Assembly (NCBI GenBank): GCA_018175275.1
Contig: GCA_018175275.1_4531.1
Length of the DNA stretch: 64,000 nucleotides
Direction: 5' to 3' (one strand)
DNA from: a phage
Made by a program: the position numbers and the translations under genes. Shown in pieces: positions 35,939-44,753 of this stretch (position 1 is the first letter of the stretch; every line of letters starts with the position of its first letter). The notes under the pieces are model-generated. The model did not search any database and had not been told where the DNA came from. It was given only the letters and a program-made list of their open reading frames with translations.

Positions 35939-36588
35939 TGTCAAATTCAAAACCAGTAGTTGCTTATCAAGTAGATCGTAATGATGGTGAAGGAAGTGTT
36001 GTTATTTTCAGTACACACGGTCTTGAGGCTCGTCGAAAAGGTGCATATCGTTTAGAATGTGAGTTTGAAGACTGCACAAGCCACCGTGTCAAACAATTCG
36101 ATCAATATGCTGATAAAGGCTTCGTCCCTATCAAAGCCTTACTGGAAGATGGTTGGTGGGTATATTCTGCTTTTGATGGTGTTAGACTCGACGAACCTGT
36201 AGGAGGTCTTGAGGCAGATTTTGACGAATGCGAAGATGGCTTGTATATTGAAGAGGATCTTGTATTTTCCCTTGACGAGAAAAGCGTGTGGAAGAACTGG
36301 GAAGAAATGGAACGTCACGCGCATTTTATCAACAATGCTTTGATTCGTAAAGCTTGGTTTATGGAGGCGGTGAAGGTAGCGTATCCGCAGTTCACCTTTA
36401 CAGAGGTTTGGGGCGGTCCACACCACATCACCCATACAGCATTTTTCGACTTCCCTGGTTCACGTTACAAAGGTAATATAATGTGGGACTGGGATGAGAA
36501 TAAACAACCTTCGGCTCAAGACTTCCGTTGTTATGTTTGCCAAGGCGATCAAGAAGCCCTTGACAAATACCTACAAAGTCTGGTATAG
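35938..36588 (+). CDS. hypothetical protein
   Basis: 216-aa ORF; AAGGAGAAA upstream. Confidence 0.55.
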   Translation: MSNSKPVVAYQVDRNDGEGSVVIFSTHGLEARRKGAYRLECEFEDCTSHRVKQFDQYADKGFVPIKALLEDGWWVYSAFDGVRLDEPVGGLEADFDECEDGLYIEEDLVFSLDEKSVWKNWEEMERHAHFINNALIRKAWFMEAVKVAYPQFTFTEVWGGPHHITHTAFFDFPGSRYKGNIMWDWDENKQPSAQDFRCYVCQGDQEALDKYLQSLV

Positions 36589-36646
36589 TGCCAGCATCTG
36601 AACAAAGCCTCCTGTTTCAGGGGGCTTTTCTTTTATGGGAGGAAAT

Positions 36647-37138
36647 ATGTTTCAAGTAGAAATTCATGTGCACAACAGTTGTTCAAATTGCGAAACTTGT
36701 GGTTACAATAGTTCAACCATGATCACTATTAGCGGAGACTTAGGAGATGCCAAGTTTGGCGAAGTTGCAAGCTGCTTCAGCGGAGAGGATGCAGATTGGC
36801 ATGATATTGCACACTGGTTGGTGAGCAAACTAAAAGAAAAAGAGAAACCATTTCCTGCTCTGCTTGATCGTTCTCTTGTGGAAGATGCAGGTAAAGCATA
36901 TGCAGACTATGCATATGCAGACGGGAAATATTTGGAAGATGATAAGGCTAACCATTTGCTTTATGTTTACTATGAAGCTGAATCTGCCTACGATAATTAT
37001 TACAGCATGTCCAACATTCTACGTTTGTTTGCGGAGTTTGATATTTACTTTGAAGTGAGTTATTCTCAAGACGAAGTGCACGATTTGGATGACGAAGATT
37101 ATGATGATTATGAGGAGGAAGAATGCCAAGACGATTAA
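36647..37138 (+). CDS. hypothetical Zn-finger protein with acidic tail
   Basis: CSNCETCG near N-terminus; D/E-rich C-terminus; GGGAGGAAA upstream; preceded by hairpin/T-run at 36607-36635. Confidence 0.5.
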   Translation: MFQVEIHVHNSCSNCETCGYNSSTMITISGDLGDAKFGEVASCFSGEDADWHDIAHWLVSKLKEKEKPFPALLDRSLVEDAGKAYADYAYADGKYLEDDKANHLLYVYYEAESAYDNYYSMSNILRLFAEFDIYFEVSYSQDEVHDLDDEDYDDYEEEECQDD

Positions 37139-37923
37139 TAGTGATCAGCGGCGCTGGCTTAAGCGCCGATAGCGGTGTTCGTACTTTCCGCACTGACACA
37201 GAAAGTGGCAAAGCTTTGTGGGATGAATACGACCTTTCTGAAGTGTGCGACATTTTCAACTTCCGTGCTGGATACCAACAAGAACAGTGTGTTCCTGGGG
37301 CTGTTGGCGGATTAGATGCAGAGGGATACAACCTCTACCGTAAAACTCATGACTTCTACAATAAACGTCGCGTAGAGATGGATAGTGTAACTCCTAACGC
37401 TGCGCATTACCAGATCGCGGAATGGTTTCAAGAGTACGGCTGTGATCGTGTTATCAACATCACGACAAACGTAGATGATCTTCTGGAACAAGCGGGTGTT
37501 GTTCATGAAGATGTTCTACATGTTCACGGCTTCCTGCCTGAAGTGATCGTAGACAATAGAATCATCAAAGATGTTGGCTATGCTGCTATCGATGTGGATG
37601 ATTACAAGTATGTGAAGCCCAATGTAGTGTTCTTTGGGGAGACTGCCCCATTGTATAACGATATGTACCACATCTTAGACGGCTTGACGGCTCAAGATAT
37701 GGTGATTGTAGTGGGTTGCTCTAATCAAGTTATCAATTTTAACTGGGAGCTTTTTCCTGCTCTTAATAGCGGGACAAAAATGGTTGTAGTTAACCCTGGA
37801 GTTAATTACGAAGAAACACTTCTCTATGAAGATCGTGGAGTTTTTGTTTACCGAGAAAAAGCTGCAACAGCCTTCAGCAATGAAGGTTTCATTAAAATGG
37901 TCGAAGACCACTTAAACAAATAA
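37123..37923 (+). CDS. SIR2-family protein lacking the zinc-ribbon module
   Basis: GAGLSADSGVRTFR, TTNVDDLLEQAG, VHG, VVFFGE, VVGCS in sirtuin order; GAGGAGGAAGA upstream. Confidence 0.65.
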   Translation: MPRRLIVISGAGLSADSGVRTFRTDTESGKALWDEYDLSEVCDIFNFRAGYQQEQCVPGAVGGLDAEGYNLYRKTHDFYNKRRVEMDSVTPNAAHYQIAEWFQEYGCDRVINITTNVDDLLEQAGVVHEDVLHVHGFLPEVIVDNRIIKDVGYAAIDVDDYKYVKPNVVFFGETAPLYNDMYHILDGLTAQDMVIVVGCSNQVINFNWELFPALNSGTKMVVVNPGVNYEETLLYEDRGVFVYREKAATAFSNEGFIKMVEDHLNK

Positions 37924-37929
37924 ACCACT

Positions 37930-37955
37930 CAAGGGGCTTCGGCCCCTTTCTTATT
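37930..37955 (+). terminator. terminator-like hairpin
   Basis: AGGGGC-TTCG-GCCCCT followed by TTCTTATT. Confidence 0.5.
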
Positions 37956-37966
37956 AGGAGAATAAA

Positions 37967-38239
37967 ATGACTGAAGAAATCCGTGATTACTACCTTGCAC
38001 ATTACGTTTACTACTTTGCTAATGCTACACAAAAAGGGGAAGGTAATCTTTACTTGGCAACAGGACATGGAACAGGCGTTAGGAAATCAAATATTGATAA
38101 TGCCTTGGCTCAAGTGGCTGCGGGGCTAGAAGATAAACTTCAAACACCTGTAGTTGTAGTGATGCAAAATATAAGTTACCTAGCAAGTTGTACTGAAACC
38201 GAATTTAACGCGTCTGAGACGCAATCTAACGAAGAATAA
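37967..38239 (+). CDS. hypothetical protein
   Basis: 90-aa ORF; TAGGAGA upstream. Confidence 0.55.
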   Translation: MTEEIRDYYLAHYVYYFANATQKGEGNLYLATGHGTGVRKSNIDNALAQVAAGLEDKLQTPVVVVMQNISYLASCTETEFNASETQSNEE

Positions 38240-38241
38240 AA

Positions 38242-38270
38242 CAAAGGCACCCAAGTGGGTGCCTTTTCTA
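38242..38270. terminator. bidirectional rho-independent terminator between convergent gene blocks
   Basis: AAGGCACCC-AAGT-GGGTGCCTT flanked by A-run and T-run. Confidence 0.6.
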
Positions 38271-38308
38271 TTTTAGAGCGTCTCTGTTCGATTTAGGTGG
38301 GTTCTAGC

Positions 38309-38539
38309 TTACTTGTGCAGTGCTCTCTCGTATAACTCGATGATCAATTCATCCTCTACTGTAATACGCGCCATTTGATCCGTCTTGAGTATTGTTGGTT
38401 GGTAGTGGTGCATTTCACTATTGATACTACAATCCCATTCGTCATAACCTAAATACTCTCCTACATGGACCTTAACCATAAAGGGAAACGGGTTATCTAC
38501 CAAAAATGCCATACAACCTTCTTCGATTTTATTTAACAC
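38309..38539 (-). CDS. hypothetical protein
   Basis: 76-aa ORF, GTG start after AGGAGG. Confidence 0.45.
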   Translation of the reverse strand: MLNKIEEGCMAFLVDNPFPFMVKVHVGEYLGYDEWDCSINSEMHHYQPTILKTDQMARITVEDELIIELYERALHK

Positions 38540-38562
38540 ACGACCTCCTATTGCTACAGATA

Positions 38563-38586
38563 TGAAAAAACCCGCCGAAGCGGGTT
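38563..38586 (-). terminator. terminator/attenuator-like hairpin
   Basis: On minus strand ACCCGC-UUCG-GCGGGU then U-run, 25 nt upstream of next start. Confidence 0.45.
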
Positions 38587-38630
38587 CTATTGCTACGATA
38601 GGATCACTATCCTATAGTATTGTTTCTGTG

Positions 38631-38912
38631 TCAAGCCTTAGCGTAGAAAAACTTCTCATATTCAGATTTTGTTACGATTGTGGGGCAACCTTTTGTTCCA
38701 TCCTCGATAACAGGGGCTTCTACCATTCTGGTGTTGAATAAGCAATAAGTTCCACGCATGTAAATACCCAGTTTTGTTTCTACGATGTGCTCTTTACTTA
38801 CGCTTGAAAACTTAATCTCACCATCGGAGTCTCTTATAGCAATAAGCGCATGTTCGGGCCAATCTTTTCCTTTTGCTCCTAAAGCATTATACAATTCTTG
38901 AACGAGTTCCAT
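38631..38912 (-). CDS. hypothetical protein
   Basis: 93-aa ORF; AAGGAGGT upstream. Confidence 0.6.
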   Translation of the reverse strand: MELVQELYNALGAKGKDWPEHALIAIRDSDGEIKFSSVSKEHIVETKLGIYMRGTYCLFNTRMVEAPVIEDGTKGCPTIVTKSEYEKFFYAKA

Positions 38913-38924
38913 ATGACCTCCTTA

Positions 38925-39098
38925 TTAAATAACAAATTTTTCTTCTTCTGGCTTATCGTAATCTGGAGAATAAACATGTGCGGGATTAAAACCTTTAAAA
39001 TTTCCGCGACCTTTACGTGGACAGTTGAATGTGCGAGCTTGATGATCCCCAAAAGATTTCCCACAATGCATACATTTAAAATCAGTGCGTTTAGTCAT
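38925..39098 (-). CDS. small zinc-ribbon protein
   Basis: Internal ATG of track ORF 38925..39125 with AAGGAG upstream; CMHCG...NCPRKG. Confidence 0.5.
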   Translation of the reverse strand: MTKRTDFKCMHCGKSFGDHQARTFNCPRKGRGNFKGFNPAHVYSPDYDKPEEEKFVI

Positions 39099-39261
39099 GC
39101 CATATCTCCTTTTAAAAGGCTGCACCTATTGAAGATGCAGCTTTGATAGATTATTTAGATGAGTCTAAAATGTCTTTTACTTTTGCCGTGATAACGTCTT
39201 GATATTTGTTAATAAGATAGCCTACAACTACACCTACGATAAATGAAACCATTATTTCTCC

Positions 39262-39870
39262 TTATTTAAGTGGTGAGAGAACAATCTCTCGGTTTTTTAA
39301 GAACCAAAGCATGTCATCTTGATCATAGTCTGATCCCTCTGTAGTAGAATTTTTGATAGAATCAAAAAACCAACGAGGTATACCAAAACAACTTCCAGAT
39401 GACTGCATGTCTTTCTGCGACATTTTAAATGTGATTGGAAAATCACAATTATCAATCTCTCGTATATCTGCTGAAGATAAGATTGTAACTTCAACCAGTT
39501 CGTCGTTAGATGTAGTATCGTTGTCTTCCTGAATAATGTCAAATGCTTTTTGCACATCTTTTGCATCTAATGTTAAACCTGTGGCTTTCTGAAAAGCCGA
39601 AACAAAAATTAGAGCTTCTTCAGAGCAAGGGGCTTCCAGCAAATGAGCCATAATAGGTGACAAGCAAATGTTAAGATCTTTGTCATACCAACGAACAATC
39701 CACACAGGCGTTGCTCCGTTTTGTTTGTCACGAGCCAAAATTGTAACGTGCTGACCTTCTTCTGGTATATGATACAAACCAGAAAAACCAGGGCCTGTAG
39801 TAGATTTTTTGACACGTGCTACGTGTCCAACTTCTAAAGGATCTTTACCATCCCAAATCTTCTCTTCCAT
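39262..39870 (-). CDS. hypothetical protein
   Basis: 202-aa ORF; AGGAGGT upstream. Confidence 0.6.
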   Translation of the reverse strand: MEEKIWDGKDPLEVGHVARVKKSTTGPGFSGLYHIPEEGQHVTILARDKQNGATPVWIVRWYDKDLNICLSPIMAHLLEAPCSEEALIFVSAFQKATGLTLDAKDVQKAFDIIQEDNDTTSNDELVEVTILSSADIREIDNCDFPITFKMSQKDMQSSGSCFGIPRWFFDSIKNSTTEGSDYDQDDMLWFLKNREIVLSPLK

Positions 39871-39878
39871 ATAACCTC

Positions 39879-40142
39879 CTAAATAACATCTTTGAAATAG
39901 TGAATCACTTCAATATTATGGTACAAAGTGCTTCGCTCTTTTGTGTACTCTGTTTTAGTAACAAACACTTTTGCAATACCGTACTTATGTGCTGGTAGGT
40001 TTGGATTGGTTTGCATAATTTCTTTCACTACACTTATAGTTTCGTGCTCGGATTCCCAATAAGTGAAGTAACCCTCACTATCAACGATTAAAGACTCGTT
40101 TTCAAGATCTACAAAACAGAAAAATATTGACGGATGGCTCAT
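39879..40142 (-). CDS. hypothetical protein
   Basis: 87-aa ORF; start overlaps upstream stop. Confidence 0.5.
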   Translation of the reverse strand: MSHPSIFFCFVDLENESLIVDSEGYFTYWESEHETISVVKEIMQTNPNLPAHKYGIAKVFVTKTEYTKERSTLYHNIEVIHYFKDVI

Positions 40143-40306
40143 TCTTTTTCTTCAACCTTCTTCAAAGCTTTTTGATCGAATATAGCGTGTTGCAACTCCC
40201 CGTTTTCATCAAACCAAGTTACTTTACAAGATTCACCATAACTTTCTATTACTGTCATTTGTTTGTTTGCACCTTTAAGACAAACCACATCACCTACTTG
40301 CATCAT
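40139..40306 (-). CDS. small protein (YodC/DUF2158-like pattern)
   Basis: Not in track; about 55 aa MMQVGDVVCLKGANKQMTV...; ATGA overlaps on both sides. Confidence 0.35.
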   Translation of the reverse strand: MMQVGDVVCLKGANKQMTVIESYGESCKVTWFDENGELQHAIFDQKALKKVEEKE

Positions 40307-40752
40307 GATTGAGTTCCTTTTTGTTTTTCAATAGCTGCACGAATTTCTGCTAAAGGCTCTGCTACCAGATCTTCAACTTCTTGGATTTGTTCATTCATTA
40401 CGTCACGAACCATTTGAATCCGCTCTTCAAGGGAAACAGCAAGTTCATCTGCATAAGCCATATTAAGAACGTGGTAGAAATTTTCTTGTGCACTTAAAGC
40501 ACCAGATAACAAATAATCCTGATCTTCCTCTGGTAAAAGCATGTGTTGCTCATATTCAGCAAAAGTGTTTTTGTTAATCTCAAGCAAAGCACCCATCATA
40601 ACATCATACTGATAATCTTTATGACCAGGATTGTTTAAAATAACATCTTCAAAGATATTAAGAAGAATCTTAGTAACAAAAGCATTGTTTTCGGCACCTT
40701 CCATCTGACGGATTACTGTGATTACTTCTTTTTCTTTAGCGTTTTGGCTCAT
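40303..40752 (-). CDS. hypothetical protein
   Basis: 149-aa ORF; AGGAGAAA upstream. Confidence 0.6.
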   Translation of the reverse strand: MSQNAKEKEVITVIRQMEGAENNAFVTKILLNIFEDVILNNPGHKDYQYDVMMGALLEINKNTFAEYEQHMLLPEEDQDYLLSGALSAQENFYHVLNMAYADELAVSLEERIQMVRDVMNEQIQEVEDLVAEPLAEIRAAIEKQKGTQS

Positions 40753-40942
40753 AGTGTTTCTCCTCTGATTCTATTTGGATATAACCTGTGGTTTTGCACG
40801 GGTTACACTCGTAAATTTGACCTACATCCGCCATAACATATCCTGCACCACCACAATAGGGGCAAGGCATAGGAGGACAAGGTATGGACGTAGTGATTGT
40901 TACGACATTATCAATTTTCAACATTTTCGCCATTATTACCAT
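40736..40942 (-). CDS. small zinc-ribbon protein
   Basis: CPPMPCPYCGG...CNPCK. Confidence 0.5.
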   Translation of the reverse strand: MVIMAKMLKIDNVVTITTSIPCPPMPCPYCGGAGYVMADVGQIYECNPCKTTGYIQIESEEKHYEPKR

Positions 40943-40981
40943 TCCGCTATTAACGTCAAACCAAGTGCATCGTTAAAACGC

Positions 40982-41155
40982 TCAACATTTGAGTATAGGT
41001 ATGGAGGGGGTTATTTGCTCTAAAATTTGTGCTGCTTCCACTTGGTGCTCTATGTTTTGAGAAGTTCGGGCATAAACTAAGACACCCATTTTATTCAAAA
41101 TAAAAACAGAATCAGACCCATCCAGCTTATCAACGGCTGCATACATTTTAGTCAT
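40982..41155 (-). CDS. hypothetical protein
   Basis: Internal ATG of track ORF 40982..41185 with AGGAGAAG upstream. Confidence 0.5.
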   Translation of the reverse strand: MTKMYAAVDKLDGSDSVFILNKMGVLVYARTSQNIEHQVEAAQILEQITPSIPILKC

Positions 41156-41168
41156 ATCTTCTCCTGGA

Positions 41169-41384
41169 TTACCACTCAGCAACAAGACTAGGATTCATAG
41201 CAAAAGCTTTGAAAGTTGTTATATCATGACTAACATTAAAACTAACACCTTTTACTTTCTCTAGTATTTGAACTTTCGTCTCTCCGTCCCACGGTAGGAT
41301 GATAACACCATCTGCTGTGATCAACCACCAATGGTTCTCTCCATCTCGTGAATCTTTTGCTTTGTATAGAAAATTGGAACTCAT
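41169..41384 (-). CDS. hypothetical protein
   Basis: 71-aa ORF; AGGAGGAAG upstream. Confidence 0.6.
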   Translation of the reverse strand: MSSNFLYKAKDSRDGENHWWLITADGVIILPWDGETKVQILEKVKGVSFNVSHDITTFKAFAMNPSLVAEW

Positions 41385-41399
41385 TCTTCCTCCTGTTCG

Positions 41400-41720
41400 G
41401 TATTATTCACTTGTGAGACACAATGTAACATAAGCTTTGTGAGTTTGTCAAGGATCTAATTACATTCTACAGAAGAAGAGGGTTAATAACTATAGGAATA
41501 GTCTTACTATAGGTGCAATACTAGTTAAGAGTTAGATTGATAGGTAAGACTTATCTTAAACAGATAATTGATAGGTGAATCAGCATTGACTTTTTCAAAA
41601 AAATATGGTACCCTAAACATATGTTTACGAGCGATAGCGAGTAGTAGATTTCTATATAATAATGTTTCATGTTACTCACGATAGTGAGGTATGAAACGTA
41701 AGTGAAGGTAGATAAACTAT
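41400..41720. promoter_or_regulatory. ORF-free regulatory region with direct repeats and long hairpin
   Basis: Direct repeats ATTGATAGGT (x2) and ACTATAGG (x2); nested hairpin GTTTCAT..CTCAC-GATA-GTGAG..ATGAAAC; promoter-like TTGACA on minus strand. Confidence 0.4.
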
Positions 41721-41744
41721 GATCATCTATCTACCATCTATTAA

Positions 41745-41954
41745 TCAATATAGATCTAATGTTAGACTAACAGTTATCCAACAAACAATAGCAGTCCATA
41801 TAACAAGTAATGATCTACAAACTACATCCCATTCAAATACATTGTATGTTAACCATTCTCCCATCACAACAGAAGAACCCAACCAACATCCAACAACAAC
41901 TATAATCCAATAAAAGAATCCTACAGTAGAGTATACAGCAAAAGCTTTTAACAT
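41745..41954 (-). CDS. small membrane protein (two predicted TM segments)
   Basis: 69 aa, hydrophobic; GGAGGAAAG upstream. Confidence 0.55.
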   Translation of the reverse strand: MLKAFAVYSTVGFFYWIIVVVGCWLGSSVVMGEWLTYNVFEWDVVCRSLLVIWTAIVCWITVSLTLDLY

Positions 41955-42367
41955 CTTTCCTCCAGAAGTTGTTCAACAGTTTGACGAGTATGATTGTCCC
42001 AGTAAACCTTAGTGAAGTCAAGAGTTCCTTGTTCGTTTCTCTTAGTTTCGAAGAAGTATCCGCCTTCTCTTTCTACTCTGTCTCTAATGTGCTCTATGAG
42101 GTGCTTTTTACAAGATGCTGATAAACAATAGTCATACTCCCCACGAAGCAATGCTATAGCTGCAAGTCTGTTATCACCAACTTGAGATATTGTCCAAGAA
42201 AGCATACTACCTTTTATACCTAAAGGTGTTTGTCGAATGGAATATCCACCATGCCGACTGATAGAAATTATGGCAAGTGGTTCTCCTGTTAGAGATCTTC
42301 CTAATGCACCTTCTGTTGGACTTCCTTCGATAATACGTTTGAAAAAGGCTTTGATCTTACCTAACAT
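41948..42367 (-). CDS. hypothetical protein
   Basis: 139-aa ORF; GGGGGA upstream. Confidence 0.55.
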   Translation of the reverse strand: MLGKIKAFFKRIIEGSPTEGALGRSLTGEPLAIISISRHGGYSIRQTPLGIKGSMLSWTISQVGDNRLAAIALLRGEYDYCLSASCKKHLIEHIRDRVEREGGYFFETKRNEQGTLDFTKVYWDNHTRQTVEQLLEERC

Positions 42368-42384
42368 AAGTCCCCCTTAAAAAT

Positions 42385-42519
42385 TTACTTGTTTAAAGTA
42401 TCTCTTACTTGTTCTGCTTGACGTTTAGTAATAAAAGTCCCAACCGAAACGTTAAACTCATTGACTACAGAGAACGATCCATCACGGTTCTCACGAATAT
42501 TAAACAATTTCTTACTCAT
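42385..42519 (-). CDS. small protein (about 44 aa)
   Basis: Not in track; GGAGGTAGAA upstream; ATGAGTAA-type overlap with upstream stop. Confidence 0.35.
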   Translation of the reverse strand: MSKKLFNIRENRDGSFSVVNEFNVSVGTFITKRQAEQVRDTLNK

Positions 42520-42715
42520 TTCTACCTCCTTCAATGCTTTGTGCCGTACCATCCCAAGCCATTAGAATGTTTTCCAATAGTTCACGAGGATCTTTAAACC
42601 AAACTTCCATTTCATCAAGGATCTCGTCCGTGTCGTAAGTATAACCTGGAACACCAAGTTCACATTTCTTAAGATAGCTTTCTAACCAGCGGTGATAATT
42701 CTTAACCCCATTCAT
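42512..42715 (-). CDS. hypothetical protein
   Basis: 67-aa ORF. Confidence 0.5.
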   Translation of the reverse strand: MNGVKNYHRWLESYLKKCELGVPGYTYDTDEILDEMEVWFKDPRELLENILMAWDGTAQSIEGGRNE

Positions 42716-43040
42716 ACTGTGCTACCTTTTCTTTTACCCAATCTACACGATCTTTATCATAATGTTGAGTGCCAAGGAAAAGACCATTGTGGAAACTTTC
42801 CTCACCGAAAGGATAAATTGGATCTAAACCATCTTCTTCAAATAACATTTTTAATCTGTTTGATGTAGATTTCTTAGTTTCTGAATTGTAGTTTGTGGTT
42901 ATAAGCCAATCTTCCAAACAACGACACAAACCTTGACGAGAATCCCAAGGAAAAACACAATCTCCGACAGGAGCTTGTTCCGCCCATTTCAACCAGCCTT
43001 TAAAAAAGTTATACAGTATGTAGTCTTCAGTGTAATACAT
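42702..43040 (-). CDS. paralog family A protein (GLC...PF...RVxWV motif)
   Basis: Internal ATG of track ORF 42702..43088 with AAGGAGGAG upstream; shares WL..W, GLCRCL, PFG, RVDWVKE with five other ORFs. Confidence 0.55.
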   Translation of the reverse strand: MYYTEDYILYNFFKGWLKWAEQAPVGDCVFPWDSRQGLCRCLEDWLITTNYNSETKKSTSNRLKMLFEEDGLDPIYPFGEESFHNGLFLGTQHYDKDRVDWVKEKVAQYEWG

Positions 43041-43091
43041 TATCTCCTCCTTTACGTATACAATAACACCCCGAAGAACGGGGTGCAACTG

Positions 43092-43703
43092 TTATTTAAT
43101 CTGTTTGAAAATTTCGTTTGGAACGGTACCGTTTAAAATACCTTCTACGATCTCTTGTGCAGATGTGTAAGAGAGTCCAAAAGAAGCTACGCCTAAAATT
43201 GCCTCCTTCAAAGGATCTGGCAGGGGTTCAAAATTACCTGCAACAAAGCCACCTGCACAAGCAGCGCCTTCATCATCCCAGAAAACAACTGCTACATCGT
43301 TACCATGCGAAGTTGTGCGATGTGCAATAACTTCAACTTCGGTGCCTTCTTTAGGAACAGAATAAGAACTGTCCCAAGAATATCTTTCTAAATCAGGAAC
43401 AAAGATAACCTTTTCACCTACTGGCGGCAGTTCACAACGATAATACCAAGAATTTTTTTCGTTCATTGCTCTATTTTCCTCCACGTCTTCAAAAGTAACG
43501 ATCCAATCGTAGCCGTAAGAAAACGGATATTTTAGATCTAAAGAATAAGTTTGACCTAGATCGTCCTCAACAAGAACCATCTTGTCAAAGTTTGCGATGT
43601 TAGGATTATGTTTAATGACAGGGTATGTTTCCCCTACAGTAAATTGTCCTAAATGGTAAAGTTCATCTCTCCAAGTAATTTGGATATGAGTGCATTGAAT
43701 CAT
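43092..43703 (-). CDS. hypothetical protein
   Basis: 203-aa ORF; GGGGGTGA upstream. Confidence 0.6.
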   Translation of the reverse strand: MIQCTHIQITWRDELYHLGQFTVGETYPVIKHNPNIANFDKMVLVEDDLGQTYSLDLKYPFSYGYDWIVTFEDVEENRAMNEKNSWYYRCELPPVGEKVIFVPDLERYSWDSSYSVPKEGTEVEVIAHRTTSHGNDVAVVFWDDEGAACAGGFVAGNFEPLPDPLKEAILGVASFGLSYTSAQEIVEGILNGTVPNEIFKQIK

Positions 43704-43707
43704 AAAA

Positions 43708-43980
43708 TCACCCCCAAGAAATATTTATATATCTTACAATGTTTGCACTGTCTAAAGCCATGTTTGCACCACACCCACGCTCGCGCCAGTAACTAACAAT
43801 ACCTTCACAGATACTCTCTTGTATCTTCTTATCACTTGGCATTTCTAGTATAAGACTTGGGTTGTGGATGTTTATGTTATAATACCCTTCCTCTGCTGCT
43901 TGAGCTACCAATTTACTTACTTTTTCAAAGTACGGGGAATTAGTGGCATCTGCCATTGTTTTTAAGGTTTGTCTATCCAT
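43708..43980 (-). CDS. hypothetical protein
   Basis: 90-aa ORF; TAATG overlap. Confidence 0.5.
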   Translation of the reverse strand: MDRQTLKTMADATNSPYFEKVSKLVAQAAEEGYYNINIHNPSLILEMPSDKKIQESICEGIVSYWRERGCGANMALDSANIVRYINISWG

Positions 43981-44345
43981 TATTCTGCCTCATCATAGAA
44001 GAAATCCAACTCTTGTTCCAGTTGTTTAACTTGATCCTTAACCCACTGTACACGTTTTTCATTAAACATGCAACGTTTTTCCTTACACTCTTGCTCAAAA
44101 GATTTTGCTGTGTTAAACGGGAAAGTTGTATCTAAACCAGCATTTTCAAAACTGGCTAATTGCATACCATAAACAGAATATGCTAAAGAATGATCGGCTC
44201 GAAATTCATCACTTATATACATACGTAGACCTCGGCATAAGCCAACATCAGCGTAACCACTTTCTCGTGGAAAGAGACGGAGGTGTTCTAACCAATTATT
44301 ATAGAAATCTAAAAGAATCCTCTTACACTTCAAATCAATTGTCAT
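43980..44345 (-). CDS. paralog family A protein
   Basis: Internal ATG of track ORF 43980..44378 with AGGAG upstream; GLCRGL, PFN, RVQWVKDQV. Confidence 0.55.
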   Translation of the reverse strand: MTIDLKCKRILLDFYNNWLEHLRLFPRESGYADVGLCRGLRMYISDEFRADHSLAYSVYGMQLASFENAGLDTTFPFNTAKSFEQECKEKRCMFNEKRVQWVKDQVKQLEQELDFFYDEAE

Positions 44346-44745
44346 AAAAAGTTTCTCCTTCATCGAACAAGTTGGCAAGATTGTTCACCGCAATTTGGGT
44401 GGAAAGAAGACAACTGTTTGCAGACACATAAGCACGAGCTATTTTGTAAACATAGGCTTTCGTATTACAATTATCTAGGATCGGAAGACTTTCGTCGATA
44501 GCATCTATAACACTAAACATCACATCTAAAACTTTAATGGTGAGTGTTGTATTTGTATCTTCGTAACCTTTTTCAATCCGACCTGAATAGAAAGCATAGT
44601 CCTCAACAGTTCGTCGTTTAAACTGGCGCATAAAATCGGAACCATCTGTAGCAGAATTGAACAAATTTTCAAAAAATACGTCCCATCCGGCAAAAAGGGC
44701 TGACAGCATGATTAAGTGATCTATAGATTCATTTTCTTGTTTCAT
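44335..44745 (-). CDS. hypothetical protein
   Basis: 136-aa ORF; AGGAGAGG upstream. Confidence 0.6.
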   Translation of the reverse strand: MKQENESIDHLIMLSALFAGWDVFFENLFNSATDGSDFMRQFKRRTVEDYAFYSGRIEKGYEDTNTTLTIKVLDVMFSVIDAIDESLPILDNCNTKAYVYKIARAYVSANSCLLSTQIAVNNLANLFDEGETFYDN

Positions 44746-44753
44746 ATCCTCTC

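Noticed and set aside
1043-38217. Shared GCGTC-N3-GACGC palindrome at 1043-1055 and 38205-38217
   Set aside because: Only two copies, one inside a coding region; likely coincidence, though it could be a rare restriction-type site.
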